Shown in pieces: positions 62,441 through 64,000 of a DNA stretch of 64,000 nucleotides (position 1 is its first letter; the number at the start of each line of letters is the position of its first letter). The stretch spans positions 89,220,001 through 89,284,000 of the forward strand of contig NC_086097.1 in NCBI RefSeq assembly GCF_963921235.1, in the 5' to 3' direction. Origin of the DNA: Mobula hypostoma. Taxonomy: Eukaryota. The notes beneath the pieces are model-generated. The model was not told the DNA's origin and made no database searches. It worked only from the letters and a program-made list of their open reading frames with translations. A program made the translations under genes and the position numbers.

Positions 62441-64000
62441 CTTCATGGTGAGGTGGACTGAGAGAAAATGAGTTCATTTTTATTTGTAAGACGTCTGCTC
62501 AAGAGTGGGGTAAAAGTTGACCTTGAATCCTGGTGTTCTTACTGTGAGTTTGTGTATGTTTTGCCCTGTGGAAGGAGGTGGAGGAGAAGGTAGAATGACC
62601 TGGGGTAGGGGTCTTTGATTATACTGGCTGGTAGGGGAAAGGGTAACAGAACCTGTGGAAGATGGTGGCTTTTGTGATAGACAAGAACATGTTGAAGCTC
62701 TGTAATTTCTTGCTGTCTTGGATAGAACAGCTGCCAAATAAAGCTGTAATGTATGTTGATAGGAAGCTTTCTATGGTACAGATGGTTTATGTATAAGCAG
62801 GTTGGACATAGAGTCTGATAGGAACAGAAATGGCCTTTAAGTTACCAACCAATACTTAGTTGCAATTGTATGACTTTCCAGATCCTGCTTCTCTTCAGCT
62901 CCCTCCCCATAATTACCATTCCTTCGTCCTTCTGGATGGTTTCCTAAGTCCCTGCCTTGCTTTCTTGTTCAGATTCTGCTGCCACTGTCCAAACCTGTTT
63001 TTAACTCTCCTTCCTATACCTGTGTAGCCAAAAGCTTCTTGCCAAACTTGCATGACATTGTGTGGAGGGCTATCCCTCCCCTTCCTGGTGACCTGTTTCT
63101 GACAGGGTTGACCAAGCCTGCATCCAGCCTTCTCCTGATTCCACTCTCACCTGTCATTCTAGTTCGAGAGGTCTCTTCCTGCTCCTTCCTCAGTGGCTCT
63201 GGGAATTCTACTGACCCTTCCTACTGCTCATCAGTGCACTGTCTCTATGTTATCTTATTCTCTCAATTTGTGGGCATCACTGGGAAAGGACCCATGCCCA
63301 ATACCTACACTCTGCCCTTTCTCCATCTCAAACTGTCAGACTTCCTGTGTGTAGAAATTCCCCCATGGAGAGAACAGGTGCTTTAGTCTTCAATCGGTCC
63401 CTGGAAACTCCATTCTCTGAATGCTGGTCGGTCCAGCTCTGAGGTCAGCCACAAGCTGCACCAGATGGTTTACAACTTTGGTGGTGTTGTTCACCCCAAG
63501 GGGAGCAACTGACCTCTTATCATGACATCACTATGAACCCTTATTGCCTGCTCAGTAACATATCCTGCTATGCTGAAACCTTGACCCTGGCTTTTGATAG
63601 CTCTGAGTTTTACTATTCTGGTGCACTCCAGCTGTTCTCCTTACTTCCCACAGCCCTGCTCTCTGGTCTAACTCACGACTCCTTTTTTCACATTACCTTT
63701 TTGGGCTTCGATCTGTATCTGATTCTGGTGCTGAACCAATTCTGAACCAATGCTTCAGTTTAAAAAAAAAGTCCCGTTCCTTCTTTTAAATAATTCCACG
63801 CAATTGTTTCTCTCCATCTCTGCAGCCATCACCGGTCCTAAACTCTGAACATACTTGTGCTATTCCAGTCCTGGCCTCTTGAATATTGTCTGACTTAATT
63901 TTTTTCCATTTGGCAGTTCTTGGGAGTGAGAAGCCCGGGGACAGAAGGGCAGTGTGAATTTAGGAATGATGAAAGAAGGTGGGCAGTTTGTGAGAAGAAG

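Overview
Vertebrate genomic DNA, most likely from a cartilaginous fish (ray or shark). This is inferred from the repeat landscape: CR1, L1/Tx1, Rex/Babar, RTE, Penelope-like elements, V-SINEs, and Tc1/mariner and hAT MITEs. Most of the window is transposon-derived. Host gene content is (1) the last four coding exons of a SPINT1/HAI-1-like gene on + (linker, Kunitz domain, stalk, TM plus tail; 3436-13964), with a probable long 3'UTR to a poly(A) signal at 17170, and (2) a CpG-rich promoter and non-coding first exon of an unidentified + gene at about 40.6-41.3 kb, with a possible first coding exon at 60555-60613. Two observations stand out. The first is a 2.4 kb non-autonomous LTR retroelement (17655-20038, minus strand; two LTRs, a tRNA-Pro-like PBS and a PPT) whose internal region holds intronless, internally deleted sarcomeric myosin heavy-chain (MYH16-like) rod sequence instead of gag/pol. 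The second is a full set of hammerhead-ribozyme core motifs in a non-circularly permuted order in the 3'UTR of a HERO/NeSL-like retrotransposon (57326-57393, minus). Many minimal hammerheads also occur in Penelope-like repeats. All family assignments come from reading the sequence and recalled motifs; no searches were run.
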